DNA from: a virus
UHGV virus genome: UHGV-0218015
DNA length: 64,000 bases
Reading direction: 5' to 3' (one strand)
The stretch's first letter is position 1. Each line of letters begins with the position of its first letter. This document shows positions 49,341 through 58,168 of the stretch, one piece after another. The translations under genes and the position numbers were made by a program. The notes beneath the pieces were generated by a model. That model did not search any database. It was not told where the DNA came from and worked only from the letters and a program-made list of their open reading frames with translations.

Positions 49341-49833
49341 CTTTAAACTCAGAGAGTTAGTACCACAGTCCTATATTGCCAAATACGGCGATTCCGCAAT
49401 TCGGTTTATGAATCCGTTGTTAATGATCTCCCTACAACAGATTCGTAATCGTTTCGGCAGAATGGTGATTAACTCAACTGCCGCACAACAGCGCGGACTA
49501 AGAACCTTAGATTTCTTTATTAATCAAGAAAAGCCTAAGGGTGGTAGTTATAAACAACGTGCGTTGCAGCTTTACGCCGATTCAGGAAGTCAACACAAAT
49601 TCGGTAACGCCATTGATGCAACGTTGTTGGATAGCACCGTAAAACAGGTTCACGACTATATCGCTGCTAACCCTGACGAGTTTCCGTTCATTCACTTTAT
49701 TGAATGTGACATCAGTTGGTTGCACATTGACGTTCGTAACCAGCCTAACATTACTTTCTGGTCACCAAATCGTGGTACTGTGAAAGTTGTTAAGCAAAAA
49801 CCAATCGATTGGAGCGCCTTAGTCGAGATTTAA
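49318..49833 (+). CDS. peptidase M15-like peptidoglycan peptidase
   Basis: SQHKFGNAIDAT fits the S-x-H-x-x-G-x-A-x-D zinc-site block of M15/VanY-type peptidases (as in L-alanyl-D-glutamate endolysins). Confidence 0.5.
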   Translation: MFHPNPSNFKLRELVPQSYIAKYGDSAIRFMNPLLMISLQQIRNRFGRMVINSTAAQQRGLRTLDFFINQEKPKGGSYKQRALQLYADSGSQHKFGNAIDATLLDSTVKQVHDYIAANPDEFPFIHFIECDISWLHIDVRNQPNITFWSPNRGTVKVVKQKPIDWSALVEI

Positions 49834-49918
49834 CTATTTCTAAGGTGTTTATACCTTATTTTGTATAAAGACGCTCAGAATGCGTTTTACGCACGATTTG
49901 GCGGTTAAAATGAATATA

Positions 49919-49950
49919 CCCTACTCCCGATAAGGAGTAGGGTAGTTTTT
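49919..49950. terminator. bidirectional terminator (+ block end / minus lipoprotein gene end)
   Basis: ccctactcc-cgataa-ggagtaggg with T-run downstream. Confidence 0.6.
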
Positions 49951-50431
49951 ATTGTTCCGCAGGATGGAGCATTGTTCCAGTGTCAGACGCTACACCTTCT
50001 TTACAGTGGAAGAAAGTAATGCCTTTACCATCACCCGTTTTATATTCTAAAGTAGAATACGCAAACGTTGGCGTTTTTGAAAGTAAGCCATTTACACGAT
50101 AGTAACGTTGTCCTGTGATAGGATCAATATTCCCATTAACTTTACCTAATAAATCTTTATAAAGTTGCGGCGACTCAATCTTGCCGTTTGGCCAAGTGGC
50201 TACCCAGTTAGCACCAGTATCGAGTACAGTTACTGACCCTAGCATTATATTAGTCGAGCTGACGACAGGTTTGTAATTTGCAAAATCTTGCTCTGCACCC
50301 ATACAGGTGTAAATAACCATATCATGTGGCTCCACCGGCACAGTCGAGAATTGGCCGTTACCATTCGGTTGTAAGGCACATCCTGCCAATGAAAAAACAC
50401 CAACCATAACGATAAGAAAACGTTTTATCAT
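49949..50431 (-). CDS. lipoprotein
   Basis: Isolated minus-strand gene; ATG at 50431 after AAGGTG; signal peptide with lipobox LAGC; flanked by terminators. Confidence 0.55.
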   Translation of the reverse strand: MIKRFLIVMVGVFSLAGCALQPNGNGQFSTVPVEPHDMVIYTCMGAEQDFANYKPVVSSTNIMLGSVTVLDTGANWVATWPNGKIESPQLYKDLLGKVNGNIDPITGQRYYRVNGLLSKTPTFAYSTLEYKTGDGKGITFFHCKEGVASDTGTMLHPAEQ

Positions 50432-50572
50432 ACTCTTCACCTTTTATAAAAAAGTTAAAGTTAATTAATTTTACAAGCAACCCTTCTGCCGCCTGTCATA
50501 ACTATTAACACCGCTTCTATAATCCGAACAATACTATGCAAACCACCCATACTACTTACGAGGTAAAAAACA

Positions 50573-51103
50573 ATGGCTAAAACTTTTCAACAGCAGCTTA
50601 TCGAACTTATTAACACTAAAAACAGCTCTCTGAGCTCCGCTCTCACCGTAGCTGATGTTGACTTTAGTGCTGTCGCTGACTTCACCGGAGAAGCTGGCCG
50701 CAACACTAAAATTACTCTGACCGCCAAGGCAGAAAGCCAGAACTTCAAAGGCGAGAAAGAATTCCACTATACTCGTCTTTCCTGCGACATCGTTGGTGAA
50801 GTTGAAGTAACTGCACCTACTACCGATTTCGATTCACCAACGAAAATCCTGGCAAAAGTTAACGCAGCCATGGCTGAGAAAGGGTACACCGATGACGAGT
50901 TCGGTGAAAACGACCTGCAAACTATTTCCCGTGAAGAAGAAGGCAAAACCATTTACGTAGTAACTGTTGTGGCTGGACACCTGAAGTTCCTGCCAGGTAC
51001 TGTTGCAACGTATAAAGTTACTCCTCCGGCTATTGAGAAAGTAGTATTGAACGGTTTGGAAGGTGAACTGGATGGCTTCACCGCACCAGCGCCTAAAGAG
51101 TAA
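50573..51103 (+). CDS. hypothetical protein, four-gene family member
   Basis: AGGTAAAAAACA-ATG; QQQLIELINTKN...; C-terminal GELDGFTA shared with next gene. Confidence 0.5.
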   Translation: MAKTFQQQLIELINTKNSSLSSALTVADVDFSAVADFTGEAGRNTKITLTAKAESQNFKGEKEFHYTRLSCDIVGEVEVTAPTTDFDSPTKILAKVNAAMAEKGYTDDEFGENDLQTISREEEGKTIYVVTVVAGHLKFLPGTVATYKVTPPAIEKVVLNGLEGELDGFTAPAPKE

Positions 51104-51110
51104 TTGATTC

Positions 51111-51119
51111 GGGGGGGGG
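51111..51119 (+). repeat. G9 homopolymer in intergenic hairpin
   Basis: Between the two four-gene-family members. Confidence 0.7.
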
Positions 51120-51150
51120 TGGTAACCTCCCCCGATATTTCTTTAACTTT
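51111..51150 (+). terminator. G-tract hairpin terminator candidate
   Basis: G9 followed by tggtaacctccccc and a T-rich tail; imperfect stem. Confidence 0.4.
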
Positions 51151-51170
51151 CATTTTAAGGATTTAAGATA

Positions 51171-51701
51171 ATGGCAGCTACTAACCAGATGATGTTAGTT
51201 GCGCTTTATAATGCTGCTAACACAGAGCTACCGCATCAGGTCACTGATAAAGAGGTAACTTTTGGTCAACCTGTCGCTCTTGAAAAGGGCGATAAAAATA
51301 CCAAAGTTACCATGACCGCACGTACAGAGTCTGAAAATTTTAAAGGCGCAATCGAACTGCATTACGATCGTCTGGAACCTGGCGTTATCGGACGCATTGA
51401 GGTAACGGACGATTTGGCTCTCTGGACTGGAGAAAACGAACTACGCGACCGATTACAGTTCTACATCAATAAAGTAAAACCTGACGACTCTATCGCGCCT
51501 GGTGACGTTGAGTACACCACCGAAGACCAGAAAGACGAACACGATAGCGTCACTCTGCGTACGGTAACTTGTACCGTTACTGAAAAGAACCTCCGTTATA
51601 AACCGGGTGTAATGGCAACTTTCGTAATTACGCCGAAAGTTGTTGATAATCGTATTGACCTGGCCACCACCGACGGTGAACTTGACGGCTTTACTGCTTA
51701 A
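51171..51701 (+). CDS. hypothetical protein, four-gene family member
   Basis: Paralog of 50573 (ENFKGA.ELHYDRL, GELDGFTA); bidirectional terminator follows. Confidence 0.5.
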   Translation: MAATNQMMLVALYNAANTELPHQVTDKEVTFGQPVALEKGDKNTKVTMTARTESENFKGAIELHYDRLEPGVIGRIEVTDDLALWTGENELRDRLQFYINKVKPDDSIAPGDVEYTTEDQKDEHDSVTLRTVTCTVTEKNLRYKPGVMATFVITPKVVDNRIDLATTDGELDGFTA

Positions 51702-51739
51702 TCGCTAAGTCAACTACTACAACAAAAAATAATAAGTTT

Positions 51740-51780
51740 ACCTACCTCCTTTACGGAGGTAGGTACTTTTTTATTTTATC
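51740..51780. terminator. bidirectional terminator between convergent blocks
   Basis: 11-bp stem tacctacctcc / ggaggtaggta, A-run upstream, T-run downstream. Confidence 0.75.
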
Positions 51781-52445
51781 CCCATTTCCAAAGCGTACGC
51801 TCGGATGGTATCATAATCACGCCGCTCGGCTAAAAGCCGAAGCTCTTTTTTCTGCTCGGTTTTCTGCCCATGCAATTTCTGATCACGTTTCACAATCGCT
51901 GCCATCAGTTCTTTGCATTGTTCCAACGTGAACGGTTCTATTCGTGCATTCGACGTATCCAACCAATATTCCGGGGCGGTTTCAGACTGAATATACTGAC
52001 TTAACATCTGTCGCGATGCGTCGTCTGTTTGGAAATAACACCCATTTAACTTAATGGGTGCATAACGCTGTTCCTCATAAAGACGTTCCATCTCTATCAT
52101 GATTTTCTGAACATCTTGATAGATATAACGTGCAGTTGATCGAACGTTGTTTCGTATTTCTTCTAAATCAATCTCAAGAACATCAGCGATAAATTCTTTC
52201 GCTTTCTGTAGAGTGAAATTAGCCTCAATCTCCGACATATCGTAACTACGCATCTGTTCGATTGCGGCCTTATCTTCCAACCCATCGATTAATTTGTAGT
52301 GTAGAAGCGCACAAAAACCCGCACGACCACGATCCTCGTTGCCAATTCGTTCCATGTAATTACCGTGGCGATCGATTGGAAGCCCTCGTGAGAAATAACG
52401 TTGACGTATTTCCTCTTTCGTTAAGCCTTCGTCAATAACAGACAT
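51771..52445 (-). CDS. hypothetical protein
   Basis: Last gene of the minus-strand block. Confidence 0.45.
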   Translation of the reverse strand: MSVIDEGLTKEEIRQRYFSRGLPIDRHGNYMERIGNEDRGRAGFCALLHYKLIDGLEDKAAIEQMRSYDMSEIEANFTLQKAKEFIADVLEIDLEEIRNNVRSTARYIYQDVQKIMIEMERLYEEQRYAPIKLNGCYFQTDDASRQMLSQYIQSETAPEYWLDTSNARIEPFTLEQCKELMAAIVKRDQKLHGQKTEQKKELRLLAERRDYDTIRAYALEMGIK

Positions 52446-52993
52446 TCATCTTCTCCTTTAACTAAACCTAGCTCAATTAACAATTCAAAATCGATTTGGC
52501 GAAATTTGTTATCAAAACCAGAATCCCAATCGATGTGTAATCCTTGTCGTTCTTCATCGGTAAGTTCAGGATAAATTAAATCATGGAACGCTTCACGTTC
52601 CTCGTAAAATCCATCGATAGTAGAATCTGGATTCCGCATTGCGTAAATCGTGATGCCCGGAAAGGATAATCCTAATGCTGTTATAGATTCGACGCTTGGT
52701 TCTTGCAAGGCCCTGCGTAATAGCACGATTTTATGTCGTGGAAAATCTAGTACACGTTGTTCAAACCCAGGATTCCGTTTCTCAATTTCTGTAACTGAAA
52801 GATCGGTGAGTTCTGTGCAATACATTGGGATAACTACAGTTACTCCGTGGCGAATTAATAATCGTTTAACATCGTCAGTGAAGTCTTCACCATTAATTTG
52901 CACATAACAACCAAACAATTTTGTAGTTTCTAAAAATTTTTCCAGAAAACGGAATTTACGCTTCGTAATATTGTGGATCAGAATTGGCTTCAT
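52421..52993 (-). CDS. hypothetical protein
   Basis: ORF overlapping both neighbours. Confidence 0.45.
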   Translation of the reverse strand: MKPILIHNITKRKFRFLEKFLETTKLFGCYVQINGEDFTDDVKRLLIRHGVTVVIPMYCTELTDLSVTEIEKRNPGFEQRVLDFPRHKIVLLRRALQEPSVESITALGLSFPGITIYAMRNPDSTIDGFYEEREAFHDLIYPELTDEERQGLHIDWDSGFDNKFRQIDFELLIELGLVKGEDECLLLTKA

Positions 52994-54278
52994 CTTTGGT
53001 TTCTCTCAATTGTTTTTCTTTCTGGGTACGTTCACGTACGCAACGAGGGCAATAACACATGCTATTGTCATGAAAATCTTTCACTGACGTCGTGCCCATT
53101 TTCTGTTTCCAATATTCCGCAACCATCAACTTTGCAGTTGTCCAGCCGCATTGACGGCGTTCAGCGTGATAAGCTTTGCGATCTTCTAGCGTCCCTTCTC
53201 CATTCTCGTAAGATGCAGCCGCACAACTACCACAAGCGTGCTTCATTGGACAACCTAAACAGGTTTCAGGATAGTTGGTGTATTGCGTCTGAATCTCTTC
53301 CAGCAATTTCCCGTCATCTAAGCTAACGAATTCCCGGCCAACTAATTCAAATACGGCAGAACGTGATGTTACGGTTGACATGAAACGGTTACAACCGAAG
53401 ATCTTACGATCAAATCCTAAGCAGGTCATGTGTGTTAACGTACCGCAGAACGGGCGTAAACGTTCTGGATTCAAACGTACAGTATCGTTATACAATAACT
53501 GATCACGCCAGTTTGGTTCCCAGATAGTATCAAAATCTAACCCGTCTGGAATGATGTGCGACAAAGTGTTACGTGGGTTGGTGTGTAAGCCCTTCTCAAC
53601 CCAATAATCAACCACGTCCATCATCTGCAATGCGATTGAAGTAGCCATGCTCCGTGGCATAATGTCTTCGAAGGTTACGTTGCCAGAAATAGTTCCGCCG
53701 CCAGTAATATCAATTAATGATTTCATTCCAGCAGCATAGAACGGTAACGTTTCCAACGTAAAGGTCGCTTTTACACCAAGTTCTGCAATACCGACTTCTT
53801 TTAAGTAGTTATAGCCCCGCACAGCGGCCTCGTAAGATCCTTCACGAGTTGTTGTAAAAATCCGGTACTTATCGTGCGATTCGGGCAATCCATCAATAGA
53901 CACGCCGATAGAAAGCCTGTCTTTCCAACGTTCAATAATTTCTCTATTCAAAGGTCTATCTAACAACGTTCCGTTAGTAGAGATGCTAAACATAAACGGC
54001 CGATTATGTTTTTCGCATAACTCTTCTGCGGTTTCAAATGCCGCCTTTAATAGTTTAGGCTGCATAAACGGCTCACCACCGATGATATCGATAACGACCT
54101 CGATGTTTGTCAGATCTTTATCTCGTTCAAAACAAGCGTGTAGAAAATCAACAATATCCGCCGCTTTGTTATTACGGGGATACTTACGTTCGTAACAATA
54201 CTCACAGTCCAAGTTACACGATAAATTTGTAACAATTTGATAAGTCAGTTGTTTTGGATAACTATTTTCTTGACTCAT
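52956..54278 (-). CDS. radical SAM enzyme with SPASM-type C-terminal domain (anSME-like peptide maturase candidate)
   Basis: N-terminal CNLDCEYCYE (CxxxCxxC), GGEP; C-terminal Cys clusters CLGCPMKHACGSC and CYCPRC typical of SPASM/twitch domains. Confidence 0.75.
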   Translation of the reverse strand: MSQENSYPKQLTYQIVTNLSCNLDCEYCYERKYPRNNKAADIVDFLHACFERDKDLTNIEVVIDIIGGEPFMQPKLLKAAFETAEELCEKHNRPFMFSISTNGTLLDRPLNREIIERWKDRLSIGVSIDGLPESHDKYRIFTTTREGSYEAAVRGYNYLKEVGIAELGVKATFTLETLPFYAAGMKSLIDITGGGTISGNVTFEDIMPRSMATSIALQMMDVVDYWVEKGLHTNPRNTLSHIIPDGLDFDTIWEPNWRDQLLYNDTVRLNPERLRPFCGTLTHMTCLGFDRKIFGCNRFMSTVTSRSAVFELVGREFVSLDDGKLLEEIQTQYTNYPETCLGCPMKHACGSCAAASYENGEGTLEDRKAYHAERRQCGWTTAKLMVAEYWKQKMGTTSVKDFHDNSMCYCPRCVRERTQKEKQLRETKDEANSDPQYYEA

Positions 54279-55200
54279 TTTCCGCCCCTCTATTACGCTC
54301 TGCCATCACTACACGACGAATGTACTCGTAAGCTTCTACACCTATTGAGGAGGCTAGTTGGTTACACCCTGCTTTTGTAGTTATTGGTACATTTTTAAGT
54401 TGGTTTTCTTCCCCGTCCGCGTCTATCCTGAGACTTTCGCTACAGACATTACAAGCATGATCGAAGAATCTGTTTACAATAAAACCGCAGTCTCTAGAAT
54501 TTAGAACGTTTAATCTTTCTATATTCTCCTGAATTCTAAAATACCCGTAAATAAAGTTCATAACGTGATCGGGAGATAACGGTTTTGGCATGTTTTTATC
54601 TAGTAATAAGGACATGGAACGAAAACCGTAATGATAGATAGCAGTATGTAATTGAATGATATCTTCATGCCATCTTTTGTTGGATAAATTCTCCCTCGTA
54701 ACAACAGCCCAAGTGTTAACATTATTCAAGCTGTAAATTACTTCTAACGCTTCATGACAATTATCATCAATAAAGCGCTTAAAAGGCCGTTCGGAAAGAT
54801 TAAACCCATCGATGCTAACATATATAGCATCGAATTGTTTTAACAACGGTAGATGCGATTTACGCATTTTTAAACCGTTCGTGAACATCTGGTGTTTGAG
54901 TTCAGGACGGATCGTTTTTAATTCGTCGACAAACGCCTCAATCTTTCGAGTTGCCAGTAGCGGTTCACCGCCAGTCCACTGAATTTCAGTAATGGTTGGG
55001 TTAGACGCCAACGCTTTCAAAATTCGTTCACGTTGAAACTCTCGCGGAGAATCTTCACGATGCATGTAATAGGCTCCGCCGCAGAAGCTACAGTCCAGAT
55101 TACATTTGGATGTAGCAACTACGGACAATACGGTGGGTTTATTGTATAAACGATTCGATAACCTTGGCTCTACGTCGGTTGTCATTGCAGGTGAGTCCAT
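54262..55200 (-). CDS. radical SAM enzyme (paralog B)
   Basis: TSKCNLDCSFCGG and GGEPLL; paralog of 57235..58149 with identical DNA blocks. Confidence 0.7.
   Translation of the reverse strand: MDSPAMTTDVEPRLSNRLYNKPTVLSVVATSKCNLDCSFCGGAYYMHREDSPREFQRERILKALASNPTITEIQWTGGEPLLATRKIEAFVDELKTIRPELKHQMFTNGLKMRKSHLPLLKQFDAIYVSIDGFNLSERPFKRFIDDNCHEALEVIYSLNNVNTWAVVTRENLSNKRWHEDIIQLHTAIYHYGFRSMSLLLDKNMPKPLSPDHVMNFIYGYFRIQENIERLNVLNSRDCGFIVNRFFDHACNVCSESLRIDADGEENQLKNVPITTKAGCNQLASSIGVEAYEYIRRVVMAERNRGAENESRK
54514..54597. repeat. 84-bp block identical to 57478..57561
   Basis: Identical string inside radical SAM paralogs B and A; two more shared blocks of ~38 and ~54 bp near 54838/57813 and 55081/58025. 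Confidence 0.7.
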
Positions 55201-55207
55201 CTATTTT

Positions 55208-56095
55208 TTAAATATAGCCAATGGATAACAAAGGATCGTCGTAAGCGTTAACTCCAGGTTTTAATACAAACGGTGAATTGTAAGCCTCAATAATACGATT
55301 AAGGTCTTTATAACGCACGTTTAAACGTTCTAGATCCGCTAACGTTACGTTACGTTCCAATACCGCCGACACTGCCGCTTTTTCTTCATCAGTTAACGTG
55401 ACTTTCGTCATTAAGAAACTAACAAGTTTCGCTAAATCTGCTTCCGATGACGGATGTTCACCAATACGTGTTTGAATTAAATGCTGCATCCATGGTTTAC
55501 GAATACGTTTTGTGATTTCATGTTCATCTGTAAGGGCAACCCATACTGAACGTTCACGATCCCACATAAATTTGTAACTGTACGCCATCAGATCTGCTAA
55601 ACAGTTGATGCCAAGTTCCTCGTAACCTTCTATTTCAATATACGGTTCAGTATCAACATAGTTTTTTGTTTCTACAGGAACCAGGGCATAAAAGTACGGG
55701 AATGAACCAAGATAGTCTGGAGACCACCAACGTCGTGCTACAGGCTTCGCATTCAACTCTTTAAATGGCGTAAAGAACAATTCCAAATCTACAGAATTAT
55801 TCAGAATACCGTCACTAAAGAAATATTTACCGTCAACCAATTTACCGCGTAAATCTGAATCACCGGTAAACACCACTACGCTTTCTGCTGTCAGATCGCG
55901 TATTTTAAAAGTGTTTTCTACTGAATAGTTATTGCGATCGGTAAAAAAACGACCACGCACTTTGGGCCATTCGCCAGGTAACTGGGTTAACAAACGAACT
56001 TTATCTTCCAAATGAGCGCGTATTGAATCGGGGGAAGAAATATGAAGTGGGTGGTTGAAAATTGTTTTATAGGCTAAATGCAAATCGTTTTTCAT
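55208..56095 (-). CDS. hypothetical protein (295 aa)
   Basis: ORF between peptide genes and radical SAM genes. Confidence 0.45.
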   Translation of the reverse strand: MKNDLHLAYKTIFNHPLHISSPDSIRAHLEDKVRLLTQLPGEWPKVRGRFFTDRNNYSVENTFKIRDLTAESVVVFTGDSDLRGKLVDGKYFFSDGILNNSVDLELFFTPFKELNAKPVARRWWSPDYLGSFPYFYALVPVETKNYVDTEPYIEIEGYEELGINCLADLMAYSYKFMWDRERSVWVALTDEHEITKRIRKPWMQHLIQTRIGEHPSSEADLAKLVSFLMTKVTLTDEEKAAVSAVLERNVTLADLERLNVRYKDLNRIIEAYNSPFVLKPGVNAYDDPLLSIGYI

Positions 56096-56107
56096 TGATT
56101 ACTCCAA

Positions 56108-56626
56108 TTATTTTACGGTCAATCTGACGTTCAAGGTATAGAACCCGCCACGCCATTGCCTGCCGGTAACTTCAAATTCTGCAGTAAAGCCGTTTGATTT
56201 ACTCGGTTGCTGCTTAATCGCCATGCTTCCGCCGGAATTACTTAATACTTCTAATGAGATAGAAGCAGAAGATGCATTACCGATAGAGTCTATCTTAAAA
56301 CTAGCCGCGTCTGTAAAATTAACAGTGATACCATTACCCATTGCAACTTGAGGGTAGGCGTAGGACTTTCCAGACAGTAACGATTTAAAGACCCTTATCG
56401 GTTTCTCTCTACCGGTTGACGTTACGCATTGAATAAAGACAGCCCCAGTAGAGAAATTGATACGAACAGTATCTTTAGCGTGTAGCTTAGACTCAACATA
56501 AACAACGGCTTTGTTGTCGTAGGTTGGTCTTGAAGGGGTTGGCGTAGAACCACCGCTAGAGGGCTTACTTACCCCCCCCCGCCCCCTTACTACAGCTACC
56601 GCTGCACGACCAACTACATCCGCCAT
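56108..56626 (-). CDS. beta-rich domain protein, possibly expressed as a fusion to peptide P3
   Basis: Annotated ATG lies inside the P3 coding region; body is +1 relative to P3 across a G9 tract; Pro/Ser/Thr/Gly linker then beta-rich sequence. Confidence 0.4.
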   Translation of the reverse strand: MADVVGRAAVAVVRGRGGVSKPSSGGSTPTPSRPTYDNKAVVYVESKLHAKDTVRINFSTGAVFIQCVTSTGREKPIRVFKSLLSGKSYAYPQVAMGNGITVNFTDAASFKIDSIGNASSASISLEVLSNSGGSMAIKQQPSKSNGFTAEFEVTGRQWRGGFYTLNVRLTVK

Positions 56627-56774
56627 TACAATTATAATGACTTAAAGGTAATCCTGCGAGATTGTTGGTTGAGGAAACCGTTCCTTGGTTTGCAATATAG
56701 TTGTTTGCATTAGCGGTGGTGATATATCCCTCCGCCGTTACTAATCTGTCGCGTATGTTTTTAAGACTTATCAT
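56565..56774 (-). CDS. Cys-rich precursor-like peptide P3 (69 aa)
   Basis: Leader ISLKNIRDRL and core NCNGGCSWSCSGSCS similar to P1/P2; ends in the G9 tract. Confidence 0.55.
   Translation of the reverse strand: MISLKNIRDRLVTAEGYITTANANNYIANQGTVSSTNNLAGLPLSHYNCNGGCSWSCSGSCSKGAGGGK
56572..56580 (-). repeat. G9 homopolymer on the coding strand at the P3 / beta-domain junction
   Basis: Minus-strand reading aag ggg gcg ggg ggg ggt aag taa; a G5 run lies just 5' of it. Confidence 0.7.
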
Positions 56775-56777
56775 TTC

Positions 56778-57176
56778 TTATCTTCCAGTACACGATTGCT
56801 GACATCCGCCTCGACATGAACCTGAACATGTTCCGGTGCAACTACTTGAACAACCGCCCGAGCAATTACCTGTGCACCCTCCTGAGCAGGTACTGCTACA
56901 ACCTGTGCAACCTGTACTACATCCTGAAACACAGTTCGCTGAACAGGAAGAACCGCAGCCGCCGGAGGCGTTGCCGGTACAGCCGCCCGAACAACTTGAG
57001 CACGTCCAGCTACAGCTACCTCCACAGTCATAGTGATTTCTCGGCTGTCCTCCAAACAGATCGCTATTATTAGTGGCTTTACCACGAATATAGTTCTGCA
57101 CCGCACCTGTATTTTTTAATGCAGTAGAGTCTATGTTATCTAGCCGGGCCTTTAAAGAAGATAAACCAATCGCCAT
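56778..57176 (-). CDS. Cys-rich precursor-like peptide P2 (132 aa)
   Basis: Leader LSSLKARLDNIDST; core DCGGSCSWTCS followed by ~20 Cys spaced every 3-4 residues among G/S/T. Confidence 0.6.
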   Translation of the reverse strand: MAIGLSSLKARLDNIDSTALKNTGAVQNYIRGKATNNSDLFGGQPRNHYDCGGSCSWTCSSCSGGCTGNASGGCGSSCSANCVSGCSTGCTGCSSTCSGGCTGNCSGGCSSSCTGTCSGSCRGGCQQSCTGR

Positions 57177-57234
57177 TTTAATACCTACTGGTTTAGTGCC
57201 CCCTAGGACACATTATAATTCACTTTCTGTAAAA

Positions 57235-58149
57235 TTATCGTAGTTTTTCTGAGACTCTATTCTTAGCCCCTACCACACGACGTATATAGTCGTAAGCATC
57301 TAATCCAACCTTTCTGGCCAAGTCACTACAGCCGTGTTGCGTTACGATTTCAACGTTCTTTACTTGGTTCTGGGCACCGTCAGACTCAATGCGAAAACAA
57401 CGACTACATGTGTTACAGGGTTCATCAAATAACGCATTTAGCGTAAACGCACATTCACTTCGATTGGACGAATTCAGTCTTTCTATATTCTCCTGAATTC
57501 TAAAATACCCGTAAATAAAGTTCATAACGTGATCGGGAGATAACGGTTTTGGCATGTTTTTGTCCAAAACCAGCGACATCTCACAAAAACCATAATGGTA
57601 AATGTGGTTATGTAACGCAATTATATCTTCGTACCAACGTTTATCCCCAATACGCTCGCGTGTCAAAACCGCCCAAGTACGAATATTTTTCAATTCGTAA
57701 ATTGTCTCCAAAACCTCGTATTGTTTTTCTTCGATAATCCGCATGAACGGACGCTCTGATTCTTTGAATCCATCCATGCTAAAAAAGATACTATCAAAAC
57801 CCTTTAACAACGGTAGATGCGATTTACGCATTTTTAAACCATTGGTATACAGGTAATGTTCGCAACGAGGATACTTCTCCCTTATCTCTTCTATAAGGGT
57901 ATCAATTTTACGCGTGGCAAGTAATGGTTCGCCCCCTGACCATTGGATATTTGTGATAGTCGGGTTATTTTCCAGCGCCTCGATAATACTTTCCTTTTGT
58001 ACTTCTGCGGTTGTATCCTCTCTATGCATGTAATAGGCTCCGCCGCAGAAGCTACAGTCCAGATTACATTTGGATGTTGTAATCACGTTTAACGTTCTCG
58101 GATTACTGTAAAGCTTATCGGATACCGTCGGTCTAGTAAGTTCTTCCAT
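57235..58149 (-). CDS. radical SAM enzyme (paralog A)
   Basis: TSKCNLDCSFCGG and GGEPLL; C-terminal CNTCSRC. Confidence 0.7.
   Translation of the reverse strand: MEELTRPTVSDKLYSNPRTLNVITTSKCNLDCSFCGGAYYMHREDTTAEVQKESIIEALENNPTITNIQWSGGEPLLATRKIDTLIEEIREKYPRCEHYLYTNGLKMRKSHLPLLKGFDSIFFSMDGFKESERPFMRIIEEKQYEVLETIYELKNIRTWAVLTRERIGDKRWYEDIIALHNHIYHYGFCEMSLVLDKNMPKPLSPDHVMNFIYGYFRIQENIERLNSSNRSECAFTLNALFDEPCNTCSRCFRIESDGAQNQVKNVEIVTQHGCSDLARKVGLDAYDYIRRVVGAKNRVSEKLR
57478..57561. repeat. 84-bp block identical to 54514..54597
   Basis: See partner copy. Confidence 0.7.
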
Positions 58150-58168
58150 TCGAATTGATCCTTATTTT

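Noticed and set aside
56771-57106. Alternative-frame ORFs overlapping peptide P2 on both strands (56771..57106 minus, 56816..57073 and 56836..57033 plus)
   Set aside because: Only the 56778..57176 frame reproduces the leader and DCGGSCSWTCS core shared with P1 and P3; the others are by-products of the Cys/Gly codon repeats.
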